Assembly: GCA_040954595.2 (NCBI GenBank)
Contig: CM082589.2
Span: 9,188,894-9,252,893, forward strand
Length of the DNA: 64,000 nt
Source of the DNA: Balanoglossus misakiensis
Taxonomy: Eukaryota > Animalia > Hemichordata
Direction of reading: 5' to 3'
A program made the position numbers and the translations under genes. Shown piece by piece: positions 1 through 13,346 of this stretch. A model generated the notes under the pieces. It saw only the letters and a program-made list of their open reading frames with translations. It was not told the origin of the DNA and searched no databases. Within the stretch, counting starts at the first letter, position 1, and every line of letters starts with the position of its first letter.

Positions 1-98
1 GTACAGGTTCAAGACAAGTTTAGTGACATTGTGTGAATCCGCAGCAGAATTTCACATAAACTGTATAATCCTCCATTTTTGTAATGATTGTGTTTCAG

Positions 99-291
99 AA
101 AAATCTGTGTCAAGTGGTGATACAAAAGAGGTTGCCATAGTGAAACCTACAACCATATTAACCACTTCAGTGTCTACAACCACTACCACAACACAGCCAC
201 TGAAACCTGCAAACAGTTACCATGGTTACAGGGCCTAGCTCTGGTATGACCTCAAATCCTCTCAAATCAACTGTTGGAAGTTCATCTCCAG
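99..291 (+). pseudogene. Degenerate Ser/Thr-rich exon, copy 1 (2-bp deletion)
   Basis: tgtttcag|...ccag|gtaaag splice sites; 193 bp; reads EKSVSSGDTKEVAIVKPTTILTTSVSTTTTTTQP then shifts frame. Confidence 0.55.
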
Positions 292-640
292 GTAAAGTCT
301 CCAGTGTTGCTTCCCAGCCATTGTCAAATTAAGTCCACACACAATTAGACCACCAAGTGTAGTGTGAGATATAGTAGAATTATTAAGAGTATTGCCGTGT
401 TGATCTTCAGTACAATATGAGTTAAAGTTATATAGCACTTTGTGATCAGAAACTGACTCAACCAAGTCAACCCCAGATGCAGGGCCAAGGTAGAGGATAT
501 TGGTGCAGTTAGTGAAATATGAGAATGCAAAATTTAAGTGTAGCGTAACAGCTGTCTCCTTTGATATGCGAACATTTCCTGTCACAGAAATTTCCCGTTT
601 TACAGTATATAAATAAATCAACTAGATATTTTTACTGCAG

Positions 641-890
641 GTGCCACACCAAGTCATCTGTCACCTGGACAACCAAGTCAAATTGGAAGTCCGTCTCCAC
701 AACATCTGTCATCCTCTCAACAGAAACTGAGTCAGTCCCAGATGCAGGGCCAAGGTCAAAGGTCATCAATGCCTTTTGCCCAGCCTACCAGTTTACCAAA
801 CCAACCAGTATCCACTGTCACAGCAAACAGGACACAACAACCCAATGTGACTGTTTCAAGTATCCCCATGAGACAATTTTGTCCATCCAG
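641..890 (+). pseudogene. Putative low-complexity S/P/Q/T-rich exon (copies at 5160-5421 and ~9692-9953)
   Basis: tttttactgcag| acceptor and cag|gtacag donor; open in phase 1 (ATPSHLSPGQPSQIGSPSPQ...), but the end phase does not match the next exon. Confidence 0.45.
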
Positions 891-1306
891 GTACAGTTGT
901 GGTCTACCTTCTACTTTATGAGATTCAAATTAGCTGTTTCTAGTTACCCATCCTGTGAATTGAAAGCTTTTTATGACTGTTTCACATAGCCTTGTGTTAC
1001 CATTTTCTATACAGTAAACTATTGTTTCAAAACACATTCAAAACGTCTGTTTTGGTTGCTAGAAACCCACTCTGTGAATGCAAAGACTCTTTTGGATAAT
1101 GCCAGAGACTCAGTGATCAATTTCAATTTTTAATGAGATTTAATGTTGATAAGCTCTAATGTGGGTATGTGTGTTGAAAATAGGACTTTGAGAGTTGCAA
1201 GCTCAACATCGAATCAAAAATTGAAGTCATGAATTTAAAACGGGGTTTTGAATACTGGCCTTGATAATGCTTCATATTAACTAGGTTTGTTACTCTTTTT
1301 GGACAG

Positions 1307-1490
1307 GCAACTTCACCACCAAAGATGACTTCCCAGCATGCACCAGCTGCTGCACTGAAAGCCACAGAGGGTGTCATGCAAATGGTAAATGCTAGTCAGT
1401 TCAGTAAGATGCCACCAATTGCTGCTGTGAATTCTATCAACTCACAGCCACAGCAGAGATGGCCAGGTACAGATTCACAGCCACAAAGAG
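1307..1490 (+). pseudogene. Putative low-complexity exon (copies start at ~5839 and ~10372)
   Basis: ctttttggacag| acceptor; open frame ATSPPKMTSQHAPAAALKATEG...; gag|gtaggt donor. Confidence 0.45.
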
Positions 1491-1497
1491 GTAGGTA

Positions 1498-2148
1498 CAG
1501 TCAAACCTGTCTATACTGGCCAGTCAAGGGACTTCCAAAACTGACATTTATAGACAGGTGGCTTCTATAGACAGGTCAATAAATGTGCAATGTACATGTA
1601 CATGAAATGAAACAAAGTTGCCACTACATAGAGGTTGCAACAAACACATAGTTGACTGTCATATATGTTATGTTGCCATGGCAGTCATTTACCATGAGTT
1701 CGATTATACATTGCCAAAACCGGAGGAAACAAATATTCAAGTTCCCCTTTTCATATTCTCCATCAATGGTATAATACGCCAGTGTCATGACCACACACAA
1801 CTTCCACCCTGCTTGTAGCCACGAGAGTGAAAAAAAACCTCACCAATATGAACAATCGGTCTCTATCATTTATTCATTTTGGGCGAGTTCTTATGCTCAT
1901 ATCATTAAAGCGGGATGGAAATTGTGTATGGTTGAACATTCATTCACTACATATACATATGTACATTAATATAAAATGTCTCTTGTATCAAACATAATGG
2001 AAAAAAGGGCAGCGAGAGAGAGACTTTGTCCCTTTAATAGAAATGTGCATGTAATATTTTATTCAAACCATCACTTCTGTCTTGAACAATCTTTCCTTAA
2101 TAGAGTGGTGTACTGATTAGAGAGATGTCTTATTGACAGGTTTCACTG
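1498..2148. mobile_element. Tc1/mariner(pogo)-type non-autonomous element (copy at 6030-6680)
   Basis: TA|cagtcaaacctgtc ... gacaggtttcactg|TA terminal inverted repeats with TA flanks. Confidence 0.7.
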
Positions 2149-4318
2149 TATTACCAACATTTTCAGTTCCATAATCCTTCAGTGTTTGCCAGAGAATTCG
2201 ACAGCAGTCAAAAACTTTCTCTGCCATACTCACAATAAGAGAAAGCTTGCACCTTTGTTTTACTGTTAAATTACCATACCACAAAAAAAACAGGTTGTTT
2301 TTGCGAGCAATACATTTTTCGCGAAATATGCGAGAACCAACAAACGTGAAAATAAAAAGTCGCGTAAAATGTTTTTCGGAGATAAAGATGCAATGAAATA
2401 CGAGAATGTGAAAATTAATCCTCGCGTAACAGTTTGGTCTTTTAATGTCGCGAAAAATTTCCTTTCATGAAAATAATCCGTTTTACAGTCCGGTAATATT
2501 GAAGGTCAGAATGCTTTTGATGAGAGAACAATACACCAGTTGCAAAGTATCTTGACAAACATGAAATGATTGAATTCTCCGAAGAAGATATAATCTCGCA
2601 GTTGGTGTGTTGTTTCCTCATCAAAAGCATTCTGACCTTCAATATTATTCTGTTGAGCTATACATGCAATCTAGTCTATATATGTTCAGAGGTGATTATA
2701 TCATCCATAATAGATCCTAAATACTAAAAGAGCATAAAATGACTGTGACAGATACTTTGTAAGTTGTAACAGGTGGGAAATAAGAATTTGGATAACACAG
2801 TATTTTGGCTATTGTTGGGGAGCATGAATGAGTGATTTTGGAACCCCATGTAACACCTGTCTTACCATTAATATGACTGCATTGATGGTACCATGAGGAA
2901 TGCTAGTAAAATGACTGGGGAACCCTGGTTACATTACCCTGATCATCGTTATGGTTCAGTCCAACAGCATTGTTTTCTATGTTAAGGTTGGACCTCTGAA
3001 GAGGAAATTGGGGTGGAAGGGTTAGAAAAAACACTGACTGACAATACTGCCAATAACGAAATATTGTTTTTCTCTTCTCTTTGCATACAGCACACAACAA
3101 CAGAAACATTGTATATTGATCTGCAACTCTCCTCCACATCCCTTGCCAAGTCAAGATAGTATTAATTACAGTGAATTGACTGCAGATCAATTGACTGCCA
3201 TGTTGGGTAAGGTAAGCGATATAAAACATTTCATACAACACTGCCTACTAACAATAGTCATATCAATCTGACAAGGGAAGATGAAAACAAAACATCTTTT
3301 CAAACTAGCTTACTGTTTGGACCAATTTCATTAAGCCCCATTTAACAGGAATTCTGGTTTTATAATTAACTTTGATTGATTGACATGTGTTTTACATCTA
3401 AATGCATCGCTTTGGGAACATTTTCTAGTATGTATGAGATTATTAAATTGAACTTGTATATTTGCTGAGGGCAACTAAATTTTCAGTAAAGATGAGGAAT
3501 GCTCAATGTTTTGATTGTCTTCAAAATGATGACAACAACTCAAGTCTCAAAAACTCTTTGTTTTGAATTTTGAATTGTTTTTGTTGCATCAGTAACGACT
3601 TCACATGTGGATGCCACATTTGATTCTTAGCAAATGTTGTATTTTGACAGAGAGGAGTCCATTCCTCAATCATATCACCCCGCAAACGGCCTGAACTCCA
3701 AAAACTTAGCGACAAAGCGTGAAATACAGATGGTACCTATGAAGGATTATGCGGCTGATCCACACCACATGATACTTCTCAAAGGTAAACAACTTGCTGG
3801 TAGGTATCTGTTGCTATGCAAATATTTGCAATCATACCATCCAGATTCTAAAGTTCACAGGTCAAATATATAACTTGTTTACGTGGCCATTTACAACCAA
3901 TTCATCATTTTGTGGTTTGTTAAGATTTTCATTACTCTAAATTGGTACTTCCATAAAATGGTTGTAATATTTATTACACATCACGTATTGTTATGCGTTC
4001 CTGGTTGGCTAATACTAAATATGACAGAACTTCATGACCTCTGCACACGTTCTGAGGCTTAAGGAAGTTATTGTCGCGAGTGATGCAGTGTATTCTGTTG
4101 CAGTACTTTCACAAGCCAGCCTATAATTCCCCATCATGTCAATGCCTGGCCAATTAATTACACATCCTCCTGAAAATTGTTGGTAGGTGGGCAATCAATT
4201 TCCTTGGTTACATCCTGGATGAAACACTGGTACAGGTTCAAGGCAAGTTTAGTGACATTGTGTGATTCCACATCAGAATTTCACATCAACTGTATAATAC
4301 TCCATTTTTGTGTTTCAG

Positions 4319-4515
4319 AAAAATCGGTGTCCAGTGGTGATACAAAAGAGGTTGCGATAGTGAAACCTACAACCATAGCAACCACTTCCACTTGTCTACA
4401 ACCACTACCACAACACAGCCACTGAAACCCGCATCAACAGTTACCATGTTTACAGCATCTACCTCCAGTATGACCTCAAATCCTCTCAAATCAACTGTTG
4501 GAAGTTCATCCCCAG
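4319..4515 (+). pseudogene. Degenerate Ser/Thr-rich exon, copy 2 (2-bp insertion); same lesion in copy 3 at 8851-9047
   Basis: Same splice sites as 99-291; 197 bp, frameshifted. Confidence 0.55.
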
Positions 4516-4678
4516 GTAAAGTCTCCAGTGTTGCTTCCCAGCCATTGTCAATTTAAGTCCGCACATAATTAGACCACCAAGTGAATTGTGAGATATAGTA
4601 GAATATTGCCATGTTGATCTTCACTACAATATTAGTTAAAGTTATATAGCACTCTGTGATCAACGAGTTGAAAATACA

Positions 4679-4719
4679 GCATGAGTTTTCGGGGACATGT
4701 AGTCCCCTTCATCAGATGC
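4679..4719 (-). ncRNA. Penelope-type minimal hammerhead-ribozyme-like motif (probably degenerate)
   Basis: Minus strand GCAT-CTGATGA-A-GGGGAC-tacat-GTCCCC-GAAA-ACTC-ATGC: core CUGAUGA/GAAA, 6-bp stem II, GCAT/ATGC stem I. Confidence 0.6.
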
Positions 4720-7700
4720 ACACGTGGAATGAACAGAGAAACAGAGAATCATGGGGTATTCAAAGTAGGAAATATGTGCAGGACCATCTGAGGATGGTGA
4801 CTTCATGACCAAAATATTGTGTCCGTGAGCAAGGCACTTTACTTCTCATTGCTCTGAGGAGACTCATGGCTTTGTGTAGGTGATTTGCACCTTTTCTAGT
4901 CTTTCTCTGTGTTTGTGATAGATGAATTACTGTCTTACAGGAAATTTTTGTGAACTTCGTGAGAACCAAAAAATGCGAATTTAAAAAAAAATCATGTAAA
5001 AATATTTTTCAGGGATATTGGTGCAGTTAGTGAAATATGAGAATGCGAAATTTAATTGTAGCATAACAGCTGTCTCTTAGGATTATGCGAACATTTCCTG
5101 TCACAGAAATTTTCTGTTTTACAGTATATAAATAAATCAAGTAGATCTTTTTACTGCAGATGCTACACCAACAATTCATCTGTTACCTGGACGACCAAGT
5201 CAAATTGGAAGTCAGTCTCCACAACAACTGTCGTCCTCTCAACAGAAACTGATTCAACCAAGTCAGCCCCAGATGCAGGGCCAAGGTCAAAGGTCATCAA
5301 TGCCTTTTGCCCAGCCTACCAGTTTACCAAACCAACCAGTATCCACTGTTACAGCAAACAGGACTCAACAACCCAATGTGACTGTTTCAAGTATCCCCAT
5401 GAGACAATTTTGTCCACCCAGGTACAGTTGTGGTCTACCTTCTACTTTTTGAGATTCAAATTAGCTGTTTCTAGTTACCCATCCTGTGAATTGAAAGCTT
5501 TTTATGACTGTATCGCATAGCCTTGTCTTACCATTGTCTACACAGTAGACTATTTATTTTCAAAACACATTCAAAACGTCTGTTTTGGTTGCAAAAAAGC
5601 CACTCTGTAAATGGAAAGACTCTTTGGATAATGCCACAGACTCATTAATCAAATTCAATTTTTAATGAGATTAATGTTGATAAGCTCTAATGTGGGTATG
5701 TGTGTTGAAAATAGGACTTTGAGAGTTGCAAGCTCAACATCGAATCAAAAATTGAAGTCATGAATTAAAAAATGTGGTTTTGAATACTGGCCTTGATAAT
5801 GCTTCATATTAACTAGGTTTGTTACTCTTTTTGGACAGGCAACTTCACCACCAAAGATGACTTCCCAGCATGCACCAGCTGCTGCACTGAAAGCCACAGA
5901 GGGTGTCATGCAAATGGCAAATGCTAGTCAGTTCAGTAAGATGCCACCAATTGCTGCTGTGAATTCTATCAACTCACAGCCAGAGCAGAGATGGCCAGGT
6001 ACAGATTCACAGCCACAAAGAGGTAGGTACAGTCAAACCTGTCTATACTGGCCAGTCAAGGGACTTCCAAAACTGACATTTATAGACAGGTGGCTTCTAT
6101 AGACAGGTCAATAAATGTGCAATGTACATGTACATGAAATGAAACAAAGTTGCCACTACATAGAGGTTGCAACAAACACATAGTTGACTGTCATATATGT
6201 TATGTTGCCATGGCAGTCATTTACCATGAGTTCGATTATACATTGCCAAAACCGGAGGAAACAAATATTCAAGTTCCCCTTTTCATATTCTCCATCAATG
6301 GTATAATACACCAGTGTCATGACCACACACAACTTCCACCCTGCTTGTAGCCACGAGAGTGAAAAAAAACCTCACCAATATGAACAATCGGTCTCTATCA
6401 TTTATTCATTTTGGGCGAGTTCTTATGCTCATATCATTAAAGCGGGATGGAAATTGTGTATGGTTGAACATTCATTCACTACATATACATATGTACATTA
6501 ATATAAAATGTCTCTTGTATCAAACATAATGGAAAAAAGGGCAGCGAGAGAGAGACTTTGTCCCTTTAATAGAAATGTGCATGTAATATTTTATTCAAAC
6601 CATCACTTCTGTCTTGAACAATCTTTCCTTAATAGAGTGGTGTACTGATTAGAGAGATGTCTTATTGACAGGTTTCACTGTATTACCAACATTTTCAGTT
6701 CCATAATCCTTCAGTGTTTGCCAGAGAATTCGACAGCAGTCAAAAACTTTCTCTGCCATACTCACAATAAGAGAAAGCTTGCACCTTTGTTTTACTGTTA
6801 AATTACCATACCACAAAAAAAACAGGTTGTTTTTGCGAGCAATACATTTTTCGCGAAATATGCGAGAACCAACAAACGTGAAAATAAAAAGTCGCGTAAA
6901 ATGTTTTTCGGAGATAAAGATGCAATGAAATACGAGAATGTGAAAATTAATCCTCGCGTAACAGTTTGGTCTTTTAATGTCGCGAAAAATTTCCTTTCAT
7001 GAAAATAATCCGTTTTACAGTCCGGTAATATTGAAGGTCAGAATGCTTTTGAGGAGAGAACAATACACCAGTTGCAAAGTATCTTGACAAACATGAAATG
7101 ATTGAATTCTCCGAAGAAGATATAATCTCGCAGTTGGTGTGTTGTTTCCTCATCAAAAGCATTCTGACCTTCAATATTATTCTGTTGAGCTATACATGCA
7201 ATCTAGTCTATATATGTTCAGAGGTGATTATATCATCCATAATAGATCCTAAATACTAAAAGAGCATAAAATGACTGCGACAGATACTTTGTAAGTTGTA
7301 ACAGGTGGGAAATAAGAATTTGGATAACACAGTATTTTGGCTATTGTTGGGGAGCATGAATGAGTGATTTTGGAACCCCATGTAACACCTGTCTTACCAT
7401 TAATATGACTGCATTGATGGTACCATGAGGAATGCTAGTAAAATGACTGGGGAACCCTGGTTACATTACCCTGATCATCGTTATGGTTCAGTCCAACAGC
7501 ATTGTTTTCTATGTTAAGGTTGGACCTCTGAAGAGGAAATTGGGGTGGAAGGGTTAGAAAAAACACTGACTGACAATACTGCCAATAACAAAATATTGTT
7601 TTTCTCTTCTCTTTGCATACAGCACACAACAACAGAAACATTGTATATTGATCTGCAACTCTCCTCCACATCCCTTGCCAAGTCAAGATAGTATTAATTA

Positions 7701-9210
7701 CAGTGAATTGACTGCAGATCAATTGACTGCCATGTTGGGTAAGGTAAGCGATATAAAACATTTCATACAACACTGCCTACTAACAATAGTCATATCAATC
7801 TGACAAGGGAAGATGAAAACAAAACATCTTTTCAAACTAGCTTACTGTTTGGACCAATTTCATTAAGACCCATTTAACAGGAATTCTGGTTTTATAATTA
7901 ACTTTGATTGATTGACATGTGTTTTACATCTAAATGCATCGCTTTGGGAACATTTTCTAGTATGTATGAGATTATTAAATTGAACTTGTATATTTGCTGA
8001 GGGCAACTAAATTTTCAGTAAAGATGAGGAATGCTCAATGTTTTGATTGTATTCAAAATGATGACAACAACTCAAGTCTCAAAAACTCTTTGTTTTGAAT
8101 TTTGAATTGTTTTTGTTGCATCAGTAACGACTTCACATGTGGATGCCACATTTGATTCTTAGCAAATGTTGTATTTTGACAGAGAGGAGTCCATTCCTCA
8201 ATCATATCACCCCGCAAACGGCCTGAACTCCAAAAACTTAGCGACAAAGCGTGAAATACAGATGGTACCTATGAAGGATTTTGCGGCTGATCCACACCAC
8301 ATGATACTTCTCAAAGGTAAACAACTTGCTGGTAGGTATCTGTTGCTATGCAAATATTTGCAATCATACCATCCAGATTCTAAAGTTCACAGGTCAAATA
8401 TATAACTTGTTTACGTGGCCATTTACAACCAATTCATCATTTTGTGGTTTGTTAAGATTTTCATTACTCTAAATTGGTACTTCCATAAAATGGTTGTAAT
8501 ATTTATTACACATCACGTATTGTTATGCGTTCCTGGTTGGCTAATACTAAATATGACAGAACTTCATGACCTCTGCACACGTTCTGAGGCTTAAGGAAGT
8601 TATTGTCGCGAGTGATGCAGTGTATTCTGTTGCAGTACTTTCACAAGCCAGCCTATAATTCCCCATCATGTCAATGCCTGGCCAATTAATTACACATCCT
8701 CCTGAAAATTGTTGGTAGGTGGGCAATCAATTTCCTTGGTTACATCCTGGATGAAACACTGGTACAGGTTCAAGGCAAGTTTAGTGACATTGTGTGATTC
8801 CACATCAGAATTTCACATCAAGTGTATAATACTCCATTTTTGTGTTTCAGAAAAATCGGTGTCCAGTGGTGATACAAAAGAGGTTGCGATAGTGAAACCT
8901 ACAACCATAGCAACCACTTCCACTTGTCTACAACCACTACCACAACACAGCCACTGAAACCCGCATCAACAGTTACCATGTTTACAGCATCTACCTCCAG
9001 TATGACCTCAAATCCTCTCAAATCAACTGTTGGAAGTTCATCCCCAGGTAAAGTCTCCAGTGTTGCTTCCCAGCCATTGTCAATTTAAGTCCGCACATAA
9101 TTAGACCACCAAGTGAATTGTGAGATATAGTAGAATATTGCCATGTTGATCTTCACTACAATATTAGTTAAAGTTATATAGCACTCTGTGATCAACGAGT
9201 TGAAAATACA

Positions 9211-9251
9211 GCATGAGTTTTCGGGGACATGTAGTCCCCTTCATCAGATGC
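9211..9251 (-). ncRNA. Second copy of the minimal hammerhead-like motif
   Basis: Identical to 4679-4719 through the tandem duplication. Confidence 0.6.
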
Positions 9252-11878
9252 ACACGTGGAATGAACAGAGAAACAGAGAATCATGGGGTATTCAAAGTAG
9301 GAAATATGTGCAGGACCATCTGAGGATGGTGACTTCATGACCAAAATATTGTGTCCGTGAGCAAGGCACTTTACTTCTCATTGCTCTGAGGAGACTCATG
9401 GCTTTGTGTAGGTGATTTGCACCTTTTCTAGTCTTTCTCTGTGTTTGTGATAGATGAATTACTGTCTTACAGGAAATTTTTGTGAACTTCGTGAGAACCA
9501 AAAAATGCGAATTTAAAAAAAAATCATGTAAAAATATTTTTCAGGGATATTGGTGCAGTTAGTGAAATATGAGAATGCGAAATTTAATTGTAGCATAACA
9601 GCTGTCTCTTAGGATTATGCGAACATTTCCTGTCACAGAAATTTTCTGTTTTACAGTATATAAATAAATCAAGTAGATCTTTTTACTGCAGATGCTACAC
9701 CAACAATTCATCTGTTACCTGGACGACCAAGTCAAATTGGAAGTCAGTCTCCACAACAACTGTCGTCCTCTCAACAGAAACTGATTCAACCAAGTCAGCC
9801 CCAGATGCAGGGCCAAGGTCAAAGGTCATCAATGCCTTTTGCCCAGCCTACCAGTTTACCAAACCAACCAGTATCCACTGTTACAGCAAACAGGACTCAA
9901 CAACCCAATGTGACTGTTTCAAGTATCCCCATGAGACAATTTTGTCCACCCAGGTACAGTTGTGGTCTACCTTCTACTTTTTGAGATTCAAATTAGCTGT
10001 TTCTAGTTACCCATCCTGTGAATTGAAAGCTTTTTATGACTGTATCGCATAGCCTTGTCTTACCATTGTCTACACAGTAGACTATTTATTTTTCAAAACA
10101 CATTCAAAACGTCTGTTTTGGTTGCAAAAAAGCCACTCTGTAAATGGAAAGACTCTTTGGATAATGCCACAGACTCATGAATCAAATTCAATTTTTAATG
10201 AGATTAATGTTGATAAGCTCTAATGTGGGTATGTGTGTTGAAAATAGGACTTTGAGAGTTGCAAGCTCAACATCGAATCAAAAATTGAAGTCATGAATTA
10301 AAAAATGTGGTTTTGAATACTGGCCTTGATAATGCTTCATATTAACTAGGTTTGTTACTCTTTTTGGACAGGCAACTTCACCACCAAAGATGACTTCCCA
10401 GCATGCACCAGCTGCTGCACTGAAAGCCACAGAGGGTGTCATGCAAATGGCAAATGCTAGTCAGTTCAGTAAGATGCCACAAATTGCTGCTGTGAATTCT
10501 ATCAACTCACAGCCACAGCAGAGATGGCCAGGTACAGATTCACAGCCACTGTCTACAGTGGCCAGTCAAGGGACTTTCCTAAACTGGCATTTATAGACAG
10601 GTGGCTTCTATAGATAGGTCAGTTAATGTACAATGTACATGTACATGAAATGAAACAAAGTTGCCACTATAATAGAGGTGGCCACAAACACAGATTTGAC
10701 TGTCATATATGTTATGTTGCCATGGCAGTCATTTACCATTAGTTTGAATATACTTTGCCAAAACCTGAGGAAAAAATATTCAAGTTCCCCTTTTCGTATT
10801 CCCCTATCAATGGTATAATACAACAGTGTCATGGTAAAATTTTGTGACATTTTTGCTAACTGCTAAAGCCCATGTAACATTGTTTTTTTCAGTATTTTTC
10901 AGCGAAGGAATTAACCCTAGTTTCTTGTTCTGCTATGGATAGCTTTATGAAATGTTCAGTCTTTAGCTTCTTCTATACAAAACTTGTACATGAGTAATGG
11001 CCATTGGGAATATTAAATGAACTCAGACGAGAATTCATTTTTCAACAATAACAATGCTGATCAATATATAAAACGCCTTTGTTTGAAAACCAAACTCTGA
11101 ATAAATTCTAAATGTTTTACAGAGTAGAATAAAGTATTACAGCTGATATCCAAAGTTAACGTTGAAGTTATTGACGTTTTAATACTACTGTGTTTACTTA
11201 TCAGCAGGTATGCAGTCAACAATGCGAACAGGAGTGCAGTCAACACAACCGACAGTACCTAATGTGAGCGACAGCAAAAATCCACCTGTCACCACTGGCA
11301 CCAATGTTGTTCCAACTCTGACACAGCCACAAGTACATGTACAAAACCAGTCATTGGTATGTTATGTTATGAGCTGAGTTATAATACCCACCTATCCCTT
11401 TTGCCTGGCAAGTGACAGTTTATCACTTTTCAGTATTTCAATGGAACTGTATTTGGATAATTTGTTACCTAACATGACATCAGAAGATGGCAGCTTGATG
11501 TCTTAACTGAGGACATTGGATGACCAGTAGATAAAGATTTTCTTTGATATCAATGACATCAGACGCAGTTCCGTTGGCATTCAAATTTCCAGCTGACGGG
11601 GAATTTCAGCAACGTGGTGCAAATGACGACTGTGCAGATGAATACCAAGATGCTGTTGAGGCACCATGCCTGATACATATTACCTGTCTGGTGGTTCTAA
11701 AGTATAAACACATCCGGAAAAAAATATTTTACGGGATACCAATTGAGACAAATTATTCCCATCTTGTTATAAATCTGAGCCCAGGTGTCTTTGGTGTGAG
11801 ATTCCAGTAGTCAAGAGTAGGCTTACCTTGAATAATGTAATGCTTGTAAATAATTTCTAATTTCTTCTTACCCTCCAG

Positions 11879-11997
11879 ATATGAATGTCACAGTGGTGGA
11901 AATGCGTGCCAACACTATTGTCAGAATACCCATGGTAGTTATCGGTGCGCTTGCAGACCAGGATTCTATCTGCTGGAGGATGGCCATGCATGTGGCG
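11879..11997 (+). pseudogene. cbEGF-like exon A, copy 1 (4-bp deletion, frameshift)
   Basis: ccctccag| ... |gtatg; 119 bp versus 123 bp in paralogues; remainder encodes CHSGGNACQHYCQNTHGSYRCACRPGFYLLEDGHAC. Confidence 0.8.
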
Positions 11998-13193
11998 GTA
12001 TGTAACTGGATATTGATCTCTTCTGTGGCTACACTGTTTGGGGATTGTATATTGCTATGGTTACAATCAGCTAAACACACATCCAGTCAGTCCATTGCAC
12101 ACATTTTAAAATTTGAAATCAACCGCACACTTGTACTGAACACATGTTTGTTGAAATTGTATCTCAGAATTTTTCCAATTATAATCATGCATAATATAAA
12201 CAAATTAACAAATGTGAAAACTTATCTTTGAAAATTTGTTTGCAAGGGTGAAAAAGTAATCTGTTTTTTTAAAAATCAGACAAAGTTTTGCTGACAGGGT
12301 ACACGAGTTTCAGGGGATTTTGTTAAAATGAGAATGATAGAGAGTGTTAAAATTCCTAGATTCTGAGATTGCCATGGATATTGAGGACTTTGACGTAAAA
12401 ACAATTAATTGATCAAGAAATATGTGGTTAAGTATATGTGTGATCAACCTCACACTATACTATAAGACTGTCTGATATATTTATGCACAAGTACAATGTA
12501 TTTTCACTACTTATATGCATAACTCAATCAAATTAACATAATTTATCGACCTATAGCTAAATAAATTACCACAGCAAAGAATAAATATACACTTAGAAAA
12601 TTCATATAGTTTTCATCTCATTTTAAAGACATTATAAATGCTTCTCCGAGGGGTACAGTAATTTTTAGGGTAAGCCTAATTCAAGATTCACGTTTCAAGA
12701 TTCACGTTTCACGTTCCACAGCCCAAGATTCATATTCTGATTCAGATTCCAGTCTTGTCTAATATGTTTATGCTGCCGTAAACAGGGGTGCGTACGATTG
12801 TTTATTGTCCTCGATCCCTGCCCAAGCAAGGTTCCCCAAATATTCTGTTCGATTATCGCGTGACGTTATTGTTGGGTATCTCTTCAAGTTCAGTTTCAAC
12901 AACATTTTTCAAAGAGAGATGCACCCTATTTATTATTTTCTAACACATGAATGACCCTAGGCCTGAGATCGCACCATGGCCGGCAATCTTGGTATTCACA
13001 GATACTTTTAAGCGTAATTCTGATATAATTGATAGGTTTAGGTATATTTTACAACCAATAACTTAAGCAAAGGACTAATTCCTATATTCTGAATCAAGTG
13101 AAAGTAATCCCTTACCAGGATAAAATGATAGAGCTACATAGAGTATAGTTCCACTAGCCATGTACAAACACTTGTAATCTAAAGTTCGATGGA

Positions 13194-13343
13194 GTGTACA
13201 ATAGACTCTGTTTATTGGTATTTTATGCGGGTACGAGGCTGGGTCCTGGTACGAGGCTGTGTCACTTGACCAGCATCTTCTCATAGCTGTTGTCGCCGAG
13301 AAACCCTCCTTCCCGCCAGTGTGTGTTTGTAAAAATTTTCTTT
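13194..13343 (+). repeat. Ngaro repeat A1 (150 bp)
   Basis: Matches 22970-23137 except for one fewer 18-bp unit. Confidence 0.95.
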
Positions 13344-13346
13344 ACC

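Larger units (their letters stand above)
1..10830. repeat. Tandem segmental duplication, ~4532-bp unit, about 2.4 copies
   Basis: Matching ORFs recur at offsets of 4532/4533 (1325/5857/10390; 2903/7435; 4760/9292). Adjacent copies are nearly identical in the core; 1-1250 and 10550-10830 are more diverged. Confidence 0.97.

Noticed and set aside
11544-11810. 88-aa ORF or possible exon
   Set aside because: No consistent splice sites or domain on either strand.
12666-12667. TA TSD (Tc1/mariner) for the outer MITE
   Set aside because: The duplication extends to 9 bp (TAATTTTTA), which favours MULE.
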